Source of the DNA: Chiloscyllium plagiosum
Taxonomy: Eukaryota
DNA length: 39,326 nucleotides
Reading direction: 5' to 3'
Assembly: GCF_004010195.1 (NCBI RefSeq)
Contig: NC_057718.1
Coordinates: 1,081,606 to 1,120,931, forward strand
Shown: positions 12,560-24,727 of the stretch, piece by piece
Layout: each line of letters starts with the position of its first letter
Position numbering within the stretch: the stretch's first letter is position 1
The notes under the pieces: generated by a model
Told to the model about the DNA's origin: nothing
What the model saw: the letters and a program-made list of their open reading frames with translations, nothing else
The model's database searches: none
Translations under genes and position numbers: made by a program

Positions 12560-13530
12560 AATAACAAAACTCATAGAAGATTAGTGAGCAAAATTAGGGC
12601 ACATGGTATTGGGGGTAAAATACTAACTTGGATTGAAAATTGGCTGGCTGACAGGAAGCAAAGAGTAGTGACAAACAGCTCCCTTTTGGAATGGCAGGCG
12701 GTGACCAGTGGGCTACCACAAGGTTCGGTGCTGGGACCGCAGCTGTTTACAATATACATTAATGATATAGATGAAGGTATTAAAAGTAACATTAGCAATT
12801 TTGCTGATGACACAAAGCTGGGTGACAGGGTGAAATGTGAGGAGGATGTTATGAGAATACAGGGTGACTTGGACAGGTTAGGTGAGTGGACAGATGCATG
12901 GCAGATGCAGTTTAATGTGGATAAATGTATGGTTATCCACTTGGTGGCAAGAACAGGAAGGCAGATTACTATCTAAAAGGAGTCAAGTTAGGTAAAGGGG
13001 CAGTACAGAGAGATCTAGGTGTTCTTGTACATCAGTCAATTAATGAAAGCAAGCATGCAGGTACAGCAGGTAGTGAAGAAGGCTAATGGCATGCTGGCCT
13101 TCATAACAAGAGGAATTGAGTATAGGAGCAAAGAGGTTCTTCTGCAGCTGTACAGGGCCCTGGTGAGACCACACCTGGAATATTATGTGCAGTTTTGGCC
13201 TCCAAATTTGAGGAAGGACATTCTGGCTATTGAGGGAGTGTGGCGTAGGTTTAAAGATAAGGGGTAGGCCATTTAGAACAGAGTTGAGGAGAAACTTCTT
13301 GGATATATGGAATGCTCTGTCCCGAAGGGAAGCAAAGACCATGTCTCTGGATACTTTCAAGAAAGTATCTTGAAAGTATCTCTATCCATAGGGAGCTCTT
13401 AAAGATTGTGGAATCAAGGGTTATGGGGATAAGGCAGGAACAGGATACTGATTGTGGATAATCAGCCATGATCATAATGAACGATGGTGCTGGTTTGAAG
13501 GGCCGAATGGCCTACTCCCTCACCTATTGT
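12560..13530 (+). mobile_element. CR1 LINE RT fragment with 3' UTR
   Basis: WIENWLADRKQRVV, SGLPQGSVLGPQLFTIYIND, FADDTKL, LYRALVRPHLEY. Confidence 0.92.
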
Positions 13531-13599
13531 CTAAAGCAGCATCTGCCCAGTTTGAACTTCTTTACATCACAAACTGATCTCTTTCTTAGTCCTCAAGCT

Positions 13600-13750
13600 G
13601 AAGCACCACCCAGCCCCACCCCCCCTCCCATTTATTTCTCAGCCCCCGGCCCACAAGCCTCATTCCTGGTAAAGGGTTTATGCCTGAAACGTTGATTCCC
13701 CTGCTCCTTTGATGCTGCCTGACCAGCTGTGCTTTTCCAGCACCACACTG
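13600..13750 (+). mobile_element. Penelope 3'-end fragment with decayed hammerhead motif
   Basis: Homologous to 2915-3060. Motif CTGGTAAAGGGTTTATGCCTGAAACGTTGA. Confidence 0.75.
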
Positions 13751-14179
13751 GTTGACAGAGATTGGTACAAACCTTTCAAGCAGTGAGAATTTGCCCTCAG
13801 TGTGGCAGCTTCCATGAAGGCAGTGTACATGTGTGTCAGCTTATATATCACACACAAATCAAACCAGGTCACTGCTTTTAACAAATGATTTTGCAGTGAG
13901 CTTTAGTTCCTTTAAAAGGCATTTTGGAATCTCCCAGATTGCTGTTAATAAACAATGGCAGACTAATGTCTAATGCAGTAGAATCACGTCCATCGTTAGG
14001 AACTCAAACTAAGGACGGAGTCAACAGTAATGCAAGTTAGTGCAATCCAGCAGGCCGTGATCTTATTCAATAACAGAGCGAGGGTCTGAGTAACCTAACC
14101 CTTCTCCTGATTCAAATGCTTATCTGAGAGACACAGACTGACAATAGACATGCAGAAGGATACAAACACACATTTAACA

Positions 14180-14760
14180 GCATGTGCAGCTGTACAGGAC
14201 ATTGGTTAGGCCACTTTTGGAATATTGTATGCAATTCTGGTCTCCTTCCTATTGGGAGCGTGTTCTGAAACTTGAAAGGGCTCAGAAATGATTTATAAGG
14301 ATGTTGCCAGATTGGAAGGTTTGAGCTATAGATAAGGGTGAATAAGCTGAGGCTGTTTTCCCTGGAGTGTCGGAGGCTGAGGGGTGACCTTATCGGCTTC
14401 AAAAAAAAATCATGAGGAGCATGGATAGGATTAATAGACAAGGTCTTTTCCCTGTGGTGGGGGAGTCTAGAACTATAGAGCATAGGTTTAAGGTGAGAGG
14501 GGAAAGATATAAAAGGGACCTAAGGGACAACCTTTTCACACAGAGGGTGGAGCGTGTGTGGAATGAGCTGTCAGAAGAAGTGGTGGAGGCTGGTACAATT
14601 ACAACATTTAAAAGGCATCTGGACGGATGTATGAATAGGAAGGGTTCAGTGAGATATAGGCCAAGTGATGGTGAATGGGACTAGATTGGGTTGGGATATC
14701 CGGTCGGCATGGACGAGTTGGACCGAAGGGTCTGTTTCCGTGCTGTACATCTCTATGCTG
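14180..14760 (+). mobile_element. CR1 LINE 3' fragment
   Basis: LFTQRVERVWNEL, TFKRHLD, and 3' UTR GGACCGAAGGGTCTGTTTCCGTGCTGTA. Confidence 0.88.
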
Positions 14761-15159
14761 TCTTTGTGAATTGTTCCACTGCTCTCTCTGATCAGACTAT
14801 CCTCCCATTGACTGAATTGCTGGCAATCAGCCAGTTTCAACAGTCTAATGAGAACTCCATCGTGTGGAAACTATGCCATCACTCCACACAGGCCATCATT
14901 AGCTGACTAAGAGCAGATAATTAGGCCCCTGTGTTACACATTAACCTGATGAATCACTGCACCTACAGTTCAAAGGTCACTTCTGATCAGAACCTTGGCT
15001 CTCAACCAACAATTGTACAGCTTTCTTTTTTATTCAAATTACTTCACTGCAAAATATTGTATATCACTCGCAAATCCAGCTGAAACACACAAAACTGGAA
15101 AACAGACTCCCAGCTCAATCATCTCGACAATCTTGACAGAAAAACATCAGCCAGGGTTA

Positions 15160-16190
15160 GGACACAGAACAGTACAGCACAGTACAGGCCCTTCAGCCCA
15201 CAATGTTGTGCCGAGCATTTATCTTAATCTAAGATCAAACTAACCCACACTCCCCTCAATTTACAGCCATCCATGTGCTTGTCCAGCAGTCACTTAAATG
15301 TCTCTAATGTCTCTGACTCTTCTACCATCGCTAGCAGTACATTCCTTGCACCCACCACTCTCTATGTAAAGGACCTATCTCTGACATCACCCCTATATTT
15401 TCCTCCAATTATGACCCCTCATGACAGCTGTTTCTGCCCTGGGGAAAAGTCTCTGGCTATCTACTCCATCTATGTCTCTCATTACTTTGTACACCTCTAT
15501 TGTCACCCTTTTTCTTCTCCCCAGTGTGAAAAGCCTGAGCTCACTCAACCCCTCTTCATAAGAAAAGCCCTCCAATCCAGATAGCACCGGGTAAATCTCC
15601 TCTGCATCCCCTCTGAAGCATCTACATCCTTCCTATAATGAAGAGACCAGAACTGGACACAATATTCCAAGTGTGGACTAACCAGGGTTTTATAGAGCTG
15701 CAGCATAACCTCATGGCTCTTAAACTCAATCCCCTGTTAATGAAAGCCAAGACACCATATGCCTTCTTAACAACCCGATCCACTTGGGTGGCAACTTTGA
15801 GGGATCTATGTACATGGACCCCAAGATCCCACTGTTCCTCCACACTGCCAAGAATCCTGTCTTTAACCCTGTATTCAGCATTCAAATTCGACCTTCCAAA
15901 ATGAATTGCCTTGCATTTATCCAGGTTGAACTCCATCTGCCACTTCTCAGCCCAGCTCTGCATCTTATCATTGTCTTGTTGTAGCCTGCAACAGCCCTCG
16001 ATACTATCTGCAACAGCACCGACCTTTGTGTCATTGGCAAATTTACCGACCTACCCTTCCACTTCTTCGTCCAAGTCATTTATAAAAACTACAACGAGCA
16101 GAGGCCCAAGAAGAGATTCCTGTGGGACACCACCGGTCACCAACCTCCAGCGGAATACTTTCTAATCACTACCACTCTCTGTCTTCATTC
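15160..16190 (-). mobile_element. CR1 LINE 3' fragment
   Basis: WAEKWQMEFNLDKC, DLGVHVHRSLKVATQVDRVVKKA, GLEGFSYEE. Confidence 0.9.
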
Positions 16191-16866
16191 GGTTCCTGCT
16201 CCTGATATCTGTCCAGTGATATTCCTGGGTTATCGAGATAGATGGGTAATCATCCAGGGTTCCTGCTCCTGATTTTTGTCCATTGACCTTGTTTTAGAGA
16301 GAGTGAGTGAGTAATGGGGACTCAATCAGGGTTTCTTCTCCAGATCACTGTCTAGTGATCCCTGAGTTAGAGACAGAGAGAGGGAGAATGAGGGGGAAAT
16401 CAGCCGTGTTGTATCTGTCAATGCATTAACATGTGTGCAGAAATAAGGGTCGGGTGACAATATTGCTCTCATGTGTTTCACTATTCAACGAGATCACAGC
16501 TGAGCTGTGACCTAAATCCATTGGCATATCTTTGTCAAACATACTAATGTTTTTGCCCTTTGATCTTTCAGAAATTGCAATTATTTCCTGTAAATGCTGT
16601 GGTGTGGGCCAACATTTAATTCCCATCCCTAGTTGCCCTTGATAACATGCTGGTGAGCTGCCTCTTGAACCACTGTAGTCTGTGTGCTGTAGGTTGACCC
16701 ACAATGCCCTTAGGGAGGGAGTTCCAGGATTTTGACCCAGTAACAGTGAAGGAATGGTGATATATTTCCAGGTCAGGATGGTGAGTGACTTGGAGAGTAA
16801 CTTGAGATGGTGGTGTTCCCATGTATCTATGTATACTATTAAGCTGGAAAGGGTTCAGAAGAGATT

Positions 16867-17176
16867 TAGAATAGATTCCTCACAGTGTGGAAACAGGCCC
16901 TTCAGCCCAACAAGTCCACACCAAGCTTCCAAAGAGTAACCCACCCAGACCCATTTCCCTCTGACTCATGCACACCTAACACTATGGACAATTTAGCATG
17001 GCCAATTCACCTAACCTGCACATCTTTGGACTGCGGGAGGAAACCAGAGCACCCGGAGGAAACCCATACAGGCACGGGGAGAATGTGCAAACTCCACACA
17101 GTCACCCAAGGCTGGAATTGAACCTGGGACCCTGGTGCTGTGAGGCAGCAGAGCTAACCACTGAGCCACTGTTCTG
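16867..17176 (-). mobile_element. tRNA-derived V-SINE (shark HE1-like)
   Basis: Minus strand A box TGGCTCAGTGG, B box GGTTCAATTCC, V-domain TGTGGAGTTTGCACATTCTCCCCGTG...GGGTTTCCTCCGGGTGCTC, and a CR1-like tail. Confidence 0.88.
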
Positions 17177-17541
17177 TTACCAGAATGTTTCTGGGAATGA
17201 AGGATTTGAGTAATAAGGAGGGGCTGGATAGGCTGGGACCATTTGCACTGGAGCATAGGAGGTTGAGCAGTGACCCTATAGAGATTTATAAAATCATGAG
17301 GGGGCATGGATAAGGTGAATAGCAGGTGTCTTTTCCCATTAGCTGTGGATTTCAAGACCAGGGGCATACTTTTTAAGGTGAGAGGAGCAAGATTTACAAA
17401 AGACATGAGGGAAATTTATTTTACACACAGAGTGGTTTGAGTGTGGAATGAACTTCCAGAGGAAGTGGTGGATGCGAGTACAGTTACATGTAAAAGACAT
17501 TTCAATAAGTACACAACCAAGGAAGGTTTGTAGGGAATACG

Positions 17542-17685
17542 AAATAAAAACCAAAAGAACTACAGATGCTATAAATCAGAAACAAAAACTGAGGTTGCTG
17601 GAAAAGCTCAGCAAGTCTGGCAGCATCTGTGAAGAGAAATCAAAGTTAATGTTTCAGATCTGGTGACCCTTCCTCAGAATTCTTT
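17542..17685 (-). mobile_element. Second family of hammerhead-motif short repeat
   Basis: Minus strand CTGAGGA-A-GGGTC-ACCA-GATCT-GAAACATTA...GATGCTGCCAGACTTGCTGAGCTTTTCCAGC. Related copies at about 5812-5950 (+) and 37555-37685 (-). Confidence 0.7.
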
Positions 17686-18670
17686 GTTTAAGAGTTGGAG
17701 GGATACGGGCCAAGCGCAGCTAGGTGGGACTACTTTAATTTGGGATTATGTTTGACATGGACTGGTTAGACTGAAGAGTCTGTTTCCGTGCTGTATGACT
17801 CTATGTGCTGCCTCTGTCCTTCCAAATGAAAGTGATTATGGGTTTGGGACGTGCATTTGGAGAAGCCTTGGTGAGTCACTGTGGTGCATCTTACAGACAG
17901 TATACACGCTACTACTGAGCATCAGGGAGGGAGGTAAATGCTGGTGGTGGTGAACTGAGTGCAAATCAAGTAGGAAGCTTTGTTCTAGACAATCTCTAGA
18001 TTCTTTAGTGTTCTTGGATCAGTGTGGGTAGTATTGCATTGCAATCCAGGCACTGCCTTTTTAGTTGGTGGACAAGCTTTGTAGAGTCAGGTGAGTTACT
18101 TGCTGAAGATTCCTAGCCTCTGACCTGCTCTTGTAAGCCACTGTATTCATATAGTTAGTCCAGTTCAGTTTCTGGTCAATGGTAACATCTGGGATGTTGA
18201 TAGTGGAGGATGTTGATAGTGGGGGATTCAGTGATGATAATGCCATTGAATATTAAGGGCTGATGATGGGATTGTCTCTTCTTGGAGATGGTCATTGCCT
18301 GCTGTTTGTGTGGAGAGAACATTACTTGCCACTTTTCAGCCTGAACCTGGATATTGTCCACGTCTTCCTGAATTTGAACGTAGGCTGATTCATTGACAAA
18401 CATTCCCACTTCTGACCTTATGAGGGAGGGAAGGTCATTGGGAAGGCTGAGGACATTACACTGAGGAACTCCTGCAGAGATGTCCTACGATGGGGCTGTA
18501 ATTGGGTGAGTTAGATTAGCCTTACTTTTTGTGGGCAAAAGTTTCTGCATTGGTGGGTAGATGCCAGTGTCATTGTATTGGAAGAGCTTTGCCAGTGGTG
18601 TGACAAGTTCAGAGCATAAATCTTCAGTCCTGTTGTTGGAATGTTGTCAGGGGCCTTGCAGTATCCTGTG

Positions 18671-18887
18671 TGAAATAACTCCATGAAGGTTGGTATCCGG
18701 TCACCAAGTGACCCTTTATTTACATGTGCATAGTCTGTGACACTTACCCTGCTGGCTCACAGCCGGATCCGAGTATGAAATGAATCCTGACCCTCCTGTT
18801 TACATCTGTCAGCCGGACTCCGTAAGTGAATTACAGCCTCAATCAGGGAATTCGATGAGATCCAGTTAGTCAACCTCATTCCATTCA
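18671..18887 (-). mobile_element. 3' LTR of a Gypsy-type retrotransposon
   Basis: Minus strand begins TG directly after the purine-rich tract AGAGGGGCAG (PPT-like), contains AATAAA and ends TTTCA. Lies downstream of the integrase remnant. Confidence 0.65.
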
Positions 18888-20295
18888 CTGCCCCTCTAAG
18901 TCCAAGGACATAGCTTCATTGTTTTTCCTGCAGCTTCTCCTGGAGTGTTTTTGTACCAGGTCTGGTTCCTCCATCGCTGCCTCGGATATTGGCAGCGTGT
19001 ACTGCACCGTAGCCCAACTCTTGCCACTGCAGCATCTCGGCCGAATTTCACCTTCTTCAGGCAATAACAGAGTTAAGGTGACAACATTGATCATGCCCAT
19101 GTCCTTCCTCTTCGATGCCAGGCAGAAGGATTCTGACAGCGTTACTGGATACTCTGAGGAGTTGGTTGCATCTTGCTCCTGGCCTGTTTGTGAGGCTGCA
19201 GCTTTCATGTGGTCCACATGCTTGTTCAGGACCACCTCTCTTAGCCAAACTTTGTATGTCGCGGAGCCTGATCTTGTGTCGACCATGCCTCTTACCCATG
19301 TAGGGCCATTCGTGTGCTTTCAACACCAAACTTCATCCCTGAAGTTAACTGCTACTCTCGCTTCGAGGAGTTTTGTGTTTGGTATGGACAAGCTGGTGCC
19401 ACTTCAACCTCCATCCTGCCAACTCCAGGAAAATCAGGCTTAACCTGGTGAGGAGTCTTCTCTCCATTAGCAACCTTGTTGGAGTTGTCCCTGTAGTTGT
19501 GTGAGGGGTGGTCAAACAGGAATTGGGACAGGCTGGCATTGAATGGAACTGTAGGCTGTTTCTTTAAGCCTGCTTTCAAAGTTTGAACTGCTCTTTCTGC
19601 CAGACCATTGGACAATGGATGGTTTGGAGCTGTCCTTACATGCCGAATGCCATTTGTCTTCAGGAAATACTTGAATTTCCTGCTGGTAAATGATGGCCAT
19701 TTTCTGTTACTAACTCTTTCAGGAGTCTGTGTATTGCAAAAGATACTTACAACTTTTCAATTGTTGTCCCCATGCTTGACAACTGAACTCCATGCACATC
19801 CAACCACTTTGAATGGGTATCCACGATGACTAAAATCATGAAAGAAGTGGCATAGTCAACGTGTAACTGACAGCAAGGTTTACCTGGCCATTCCCATGAA
19901 GATGGGGGGCCTGATGGCAGTAATTTTTGTCCTTGTTGGCACTCTGGGCACTGCCCCACCAATGCGGTTATGTTGGCATCCAATTCTGGCCACCAGACAT
20001 AACTTCTCCCCAATATCTTAATTTGGGAAATGTTTGAATAACTCTGATCGTGTTCTGCCAGTATCTGGCATCGATCTTTGCTCGGGACAATCACTCTTGC
20101 TCCCCATAATGATATGCCAACCTCTACTGTGATCTGGTCTCACTGGGCCTAGAGAGGTTCCAATTCTGATTGTGATGGTCCTTTGGTTTCCCCCATCACC
20201 ACCAGTTGTTTTTAGTTTTGCCAGGAAGGGATCATTTTGTGTCCACAGTCACATATGGTCAATGGTGACTGGAAGTGTGTCCAGAAAACGACTGG
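18888..20295 (-). mobile_element. Decayed Gypsy/Ty3-type integrase
   Basis: GRSYVWWPELDANITALVGQCPECQ (zinc-finger region), WEWPGKP..LHVDYA, VDTHSKW, SNGLAERAVQTLK, TTPHTTTG, HVDHMK. Multiple frameshifts. Confidence 0.88.
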
Positions 20296-20519
20296 GCAAC
20301 TCTGAGTTACACAGGGACCTGAGAGTTCTAGCACATGAATCACAAAGGGTTAGTATGTAAGGACAGCAAGTGATTAGAAAGGCAGAAAGAGTGTCACTGT
20401 TTATTAAAGGGGAGTGATACTTAAAGGTAGCGATGTTTCCTACAGCTTTACAGGGCATCGGTTTGACCTGTCTGCAATACCAGCACACTCTTTCAGATGT
20501 GCCTCCTCAGAATACCCAA

Positions 20520-20890
20520 AGGAGCAGGTAGGACGGTAGGATCATTGCTCCACTAACAATCCAGTAGCCAAGGCTAATTGTCTGGGAATACTGGTTCAAA
20601 TTCCACTACATTAATTGGTCAAACTTAAATTCAATTTAAATCAATTGAATAAACTTAGTATTTAAAAGCTATCCGTAGAAATGGAAACCTGAAATTGTAA
20701 TTGCTTGCTGCAAAAATCCATCTGGTTCACTAATACCCATTAGAGAAGGAAATCTATTTTCTTATCCAAACCAACATCAAGGTCTACAATCATGAGGCTG
20801 ACTCTTAACTGCCCTCTGAAATGACCAAGCAACCCACTCAGCTTAAGGGCAATTAATGCTGCTCTTGTTTTCAAAATACCCAATCAGCTT
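20520..20890 (+). mobile_element. Degenerate tRNA-derived SINE (same family as 31583-31945)
   Basis: B-box-like GGTTCAAATTCC, AAAATCCATCTGGTTCACTAAT and GACTCTTAACTGCCCTCTG. Confidence 0.65.
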
Positions 20891-20963
20891 AGGTATGTAT
20901 GGCCCATCCTTTAAAAATCCATCTAGGTACATAGGAACAGAAGTAGGCCATTCAGCCCCTTGA

Positions 20964-21052
20964 TTTTCCTGCTCCTCGGATGCTGCCCAACCTGCTGTGC
21001 TTTTCCAGCACCACTCTCATCTTGACTCTAATCTCCAGCAGTACCCACTTCT
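20964..21052 (+). mobile_element. Short Penelope-derived insertion lacking the hammerhead core
   Basis: TTTTCCTGCTCCTCGGATGCTGCC... flanked by the perfect 17-bp direct repeat GCCATTCAGCCCCTTGA (20947-20963, 21053-21069). Confidence 0.8.
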
Positions 21053-21315
21053 GCCATTCAGCCCCTTGAGCCTGTCCCACCGTTCAATAACCTGAAAACT
21101 TCTATGTTGTTGTCATTCTATCCATAATGACAGGTCCAAATAATCCCCCAAGGTAAAGCCCTGAGTTTGTTATGTGTGAATGTTTACATACGTGTATCAC
21201 TATGTACCTGTCTCTGGCTGCATGTCAGTATGTTTGTGTACGTGTTTTTGTCTGTGTGCTTGTATGGCTGTATGTCAGTGCCTGTGCACAAGATGGGAAC
21301 TGAAGGTGCACTCAC

Positions 21316-21432
21316 CATGTCTACAATATCTACAGCAGTGAGGATGAGGATAGCAGCCATTGCCCAGATGTTCCTGGCCCAGCGTGTCCGGTCAATCCAT
21401 GTTGAGAAGAAAACTAGTTTGTTGGGAAAGAC
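21316..21432 (-). CDS. ADCY3: ADCY3-like internal exon (M2)
   Basis: CTCCTTAG acceptor, [45 protein letters not shown] donor. 117 bp, phase 0/0. Matches ADCY3 [24 protein letters not shown]. Confidence 0.95.
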
Positions 21433-21576
21433 CTAAGGAGGAATTAAATTGTCAGCATCAACATTCAGAAAAGGAGGTCCCTGGGCACAACTCACAATCA
21501 AAATGGCTGGAGTTTCTACACTGACTAATAGATACCCAGACCAGGGTAGAATTGAGGCCTCTGACCAAGGACTCAC

Positions 21577-21664
21577 CCTGGGGAAGATGGCAGCCAGGGA
21601 ACATAGGGTGAGGATCAAGAGCAGAATTTCCCCCACAACGAAAGTGACGTAATTCACCAGCAGT
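21577..21664 (-). CDS. ADCY3: ADCY3-like internal exon (M2 transmembrane helix)
   Basis: CTTTTCTGTAG acceptor, (G)[35 protein letters not shown] donor. 88 bp, phase 2 to 0. Near-identical to ADCY3 [26 protein letters not shown]. Confidence 0.95.
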
Positions 21665-22985
21665 CTACAGAAAAGAGAAATAGATGGATTACAGGAAAAC
21701 AGAATTTAAAACAGATCTACCTTGACTTCATCACAATCCCTGACTCCACACTCCAATCCACCTCAGTTAGACCCTGGCCTTTCATAAAATATTCCTGGTG
21801 AACTTGGTCTTAAGGTCCCTGAATTTGATTATTACAGCTTCTCACGGAGAGAGGCTAGACAACATAACCAGTCCAGGATTTTTATCCAGCATTAACATAG
21901 CAAACCTTCTCTAGACTGCCTCCAGTGCTAGTATGTCTTCCCTTAAAGAAAACAAAAACAAAACTTCACTAAACATGGATAAGTTAAAAAAATAAAATGC
22001 CAAACAAAAATAATTTCAATCTATTTCCCAAGCCATCACATTATAGTGATTGAAACATAGAGAAATTACCCTTCCATGTCAAATCTTTAAATTCGACATG
22101 GGTGATACTTCCCAGTTATTTCCTATGAGCTGTTAAATCTTCTTACGCGAATACAAAGGAAACGGAGAGACTTTCTCAGCTTTTTAATAGCCTGCAGATT
22201 TGCACACACTAAACTTACCTATGAAGGTAAATAGGTGAAGGAACTACAGAGAAACAACTGGTGGTGGTTTGGCCTGAAGGTCACCAAGCCTCAGGGAAGG
22301 GGAGAGGTTGAGAAGGTGGGTCCCTCATGACAACCTCAGGCAGAAAAGTAACAATGTGTTCTCTAAACCATGCTGTACTCTTCCTTTGGAATAGAAACCA
22401 TTTTTGTTTCTGACACTAGTCAGGTCTCCTCTGAAAAGCCCAAAACCTTTTAATATCTTGGTTTTCTAAACAAGAATATTTGATTGTCTTGGACTGAAAA
22501 TAAGCTAATGACCCTCAATGTTTACCCCACCTGTCATAAACCAACAAAGTAAAAACAATCTTCCATTAACTCCCCAGAGACTCCTACTATCTGACACATA
22601 TTAGGTCAGTGTTCCAAAAGAATTGTCTGGGCTTTTTTTTAAATACTCAGAAAAGTAACCAATCCTATCTGCCAGTATTTTAAAATCCAACGTCTAATAA
22701 GTAATACATATATATATAAATCAGATACCAATCACCAGAGTGTCTAGTCCTAGAAATGAAACTCACAATCTCACAACTCCCTATGTGAAGAACTTTCTCT
22801 TACATTTACTTTTGTATCAATGATCCCTTGATCTGGACTTTCAACTACTGAAAAGGATCTGCTTCTAACTACCTTATACCATAGTTAAATGATTTAACCC
22901 TTCCTTTTTATATTATCCTGTATCTGTCCATTGGTCAGTTGCAGCCCAGTCTGTGAGTGTCTAACAGACACTAATATCCACCTAC

Positions 22986-23147
22986 CCGGGGTCAATGAGA
23001 AGCTGCACCACGAAGGTGAAGGAGAGGACCACACAGGAACAGCTAAAAGCTGCTCCACTCTGTTTCTCCCTCTCCAGTGAGAAGCGGCTCTCCAGCTCAG
23101 GGTCAATGAATCGCATCGAGAGACGGTTTGTGGATTTCCCTTTCAAC
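22986..23147 (-). CDS. ADCY3: ADCY3-like internal exon (end of C1b, first helix of M2)
   Basis: TACAG acceptor, (A)[53 protein letters not shown](G), GTAGGT donor. 162 bp, phase 2/2. Matches ADCY3 [33 protein letters not shown]. Confidence 0.95.
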
Positions 23148-24152
23148 CTGTACATAGGGGACAGGACGAGGGTGAGTGATCAGAGTTAATAGATTCTGAA
23201 CTGCCCAGCAACCATCCCCAACTCCATCTAACTAAATCCAATTGCATTGGCCCCGAACCACTCGCTCCCACAATACTCCTCAACTCCCACTCACTCACTA
23301 TTTTGGAACGCAGATTTACTCAGAGCCAGATCATATTTTCCACTCCCACTCTATCCATGCCACTCCCACTCCTCCATGCATCTGATTCTTCCTCCTTCCC
23401 TTGGCTCCCGCTCCCTGGGCACTGCCAAGTGGGTGCTGAAATCGCAGCCTGACCACCAGATGCAATTCACTAATTAAGGATTAATTGAGACTGAAGTTAA
23501 CCCCAAGACTAGGTGGCCTACATCACAATACAACATCTTCTTTTAGAGCGGCTGATAGTAAGGGGGTAATTTCACTGGAGGCTGCCCTTTGTCCATCAAA
23601 AGCACCTCCCAAAAAAGCATTCCAACATCTTTCCCACTCTTCCTTAGGTCGAAATGCCCAATGTTCCTCAGCCCTTCCCTAATCTGTGTCGAAATTGCCC
23701 CCCCCCAACAGCCTGTAGCTCCCTGATTTACCTCACTCTAAGACTGGGGCCTCCTACGTGGGCAGTGTCTTCAGCTCCAGCAGTGCCCACTACCCAGTTC
23801 TGATGCTTCGAGGATCTGCTAGAGCTGCTCACCAATCGAACAGATCAGCGGTGTTTGGGGGGTGGGTCATCCACTCAGTGAGAGTCAAAGGAATTTGTTT
23901 AGCCAAATAGGACAACAGGCCAGCCATCTTGACCAGCCACACCCCCAGCCCAGTTTCCTATGCTCTCTTCTCTGCTCCCACTCCCTGTCCCTCTGCCTCA
24001 ACTCCCTGGACACTTACTCTCATTTCCCATCTCTTCTGTCGGCTGTTACGTTTTGTTCCAATGCTGATTTGATTCTCAGTGGCTAGAGGTAGCTGTCCAC
24101 CCCTTTTCCTCCCTTCTCTATGATCCCCTGGCCATGTGGGAAGGTTACTCAC

Positions 24153-24295
24153 GCCTGCACAGTCTCTCGCTCTAACAATGCTGCATTCAATAAGCGATTC
24201 AGCTCCAGTTGGTTTTGTTGAGCATCAGTCACCTGTTCCGATATATCACGCAATCGCAGGCGCCTCCGAGGGTTTGGAAACGAAGGGTTAACCAC
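24153..24295 (-). CDS. ADCY3: ADCY3-like internal exon (C1b)
   Basis: TTTTTGTATAG acceptor, [47 protein letters not shown](A), GTGAGT donor. 143 bp, phase 0 to 2. [13 protein letters not shown] is characteristic of ADCY3. Not in the ORF track. Confidence 0.95.
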
Positions 24296-24586
24296 CTATA
24301 CAAAAAGCAGACTGGAGGGAGTAAGTGGGGGACAAGGCTGTTGGCAGTTTGTGTTTTCACAAATTACTCCACATCAGCAATGGCTCACACACAAACACTT
24401 TCTGTTTGTGGACTGTAGCTATTGGTGATGGTTCTGATATTCCCATTTACTATGTCTCCAAACCCACTGAATTGTTCTCAACTTTCCCACTCCCACAAAA
24501 GCAAACTACTGCTACTGCTGGAGGTCCAACATAAGAGCAAAACAAATGCTGAAGAAATTCAGTGAGTCTGGCACCATCCTTGGGTA

Positions 24587-24727
24587 CTCATTCCTCACTC
24601 CTGAAGAAGGGCTTATGCCCGAAACGTCGATTCTCCTGCTCCTTGGATGCTGCCTGACCTGCTGTGCTTTTCCAGCAACACATTTTCAGCTCTGATCTCC
24701 AGCATCTGCAGACCTCACTTTCTCCTC
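24587..24727 (+). mobile_element. Short Penelope-derived insertion with intact hammerhead core
   Basis: CTGAAGA-A-GGGC-TTAT-GCCC-GAAACGTC at 24601-24628. TSD CACCAT(C/T)CTTGG(G/A)TA at 24572-24586 and 24728-24742. Confidence 0.85.

Larger units (their letters stand above)
16828..17805 (+). mobile_element. CR1 LINE 3' fragment hosting a SINE and a Penelope-type short repeat
   Basis: KLERVQKRF is interrupted at about 16867 and resumes at about 17177. The CR1 3' UTR ends CTGTATGACTCTATG. Confidence 0.8.
16585..18670 (-). mobile_element. Decayed L2-type LINE, split by a CR1 insertion at about 16828-17805
   Basis: 3' tail (minus GGGCAACTAGGGATGGGAATTAAATG) at 16590-16827 resumes at about 17806. 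RT-end fragments IQEDVDNIQVQAEKWQVMFSPHK and TIDQKLNWTNYMN. Homologous to 29250-30530. Confidence 0.75.

Noticed and set aside
17100..17175. tRNA gene (A and B boxes; also about 25680-25750 and 31590-31670)
   Set aside because: These are tRNA-derived SINE heads followed by SINE bodies, with no complete cloverleaf.
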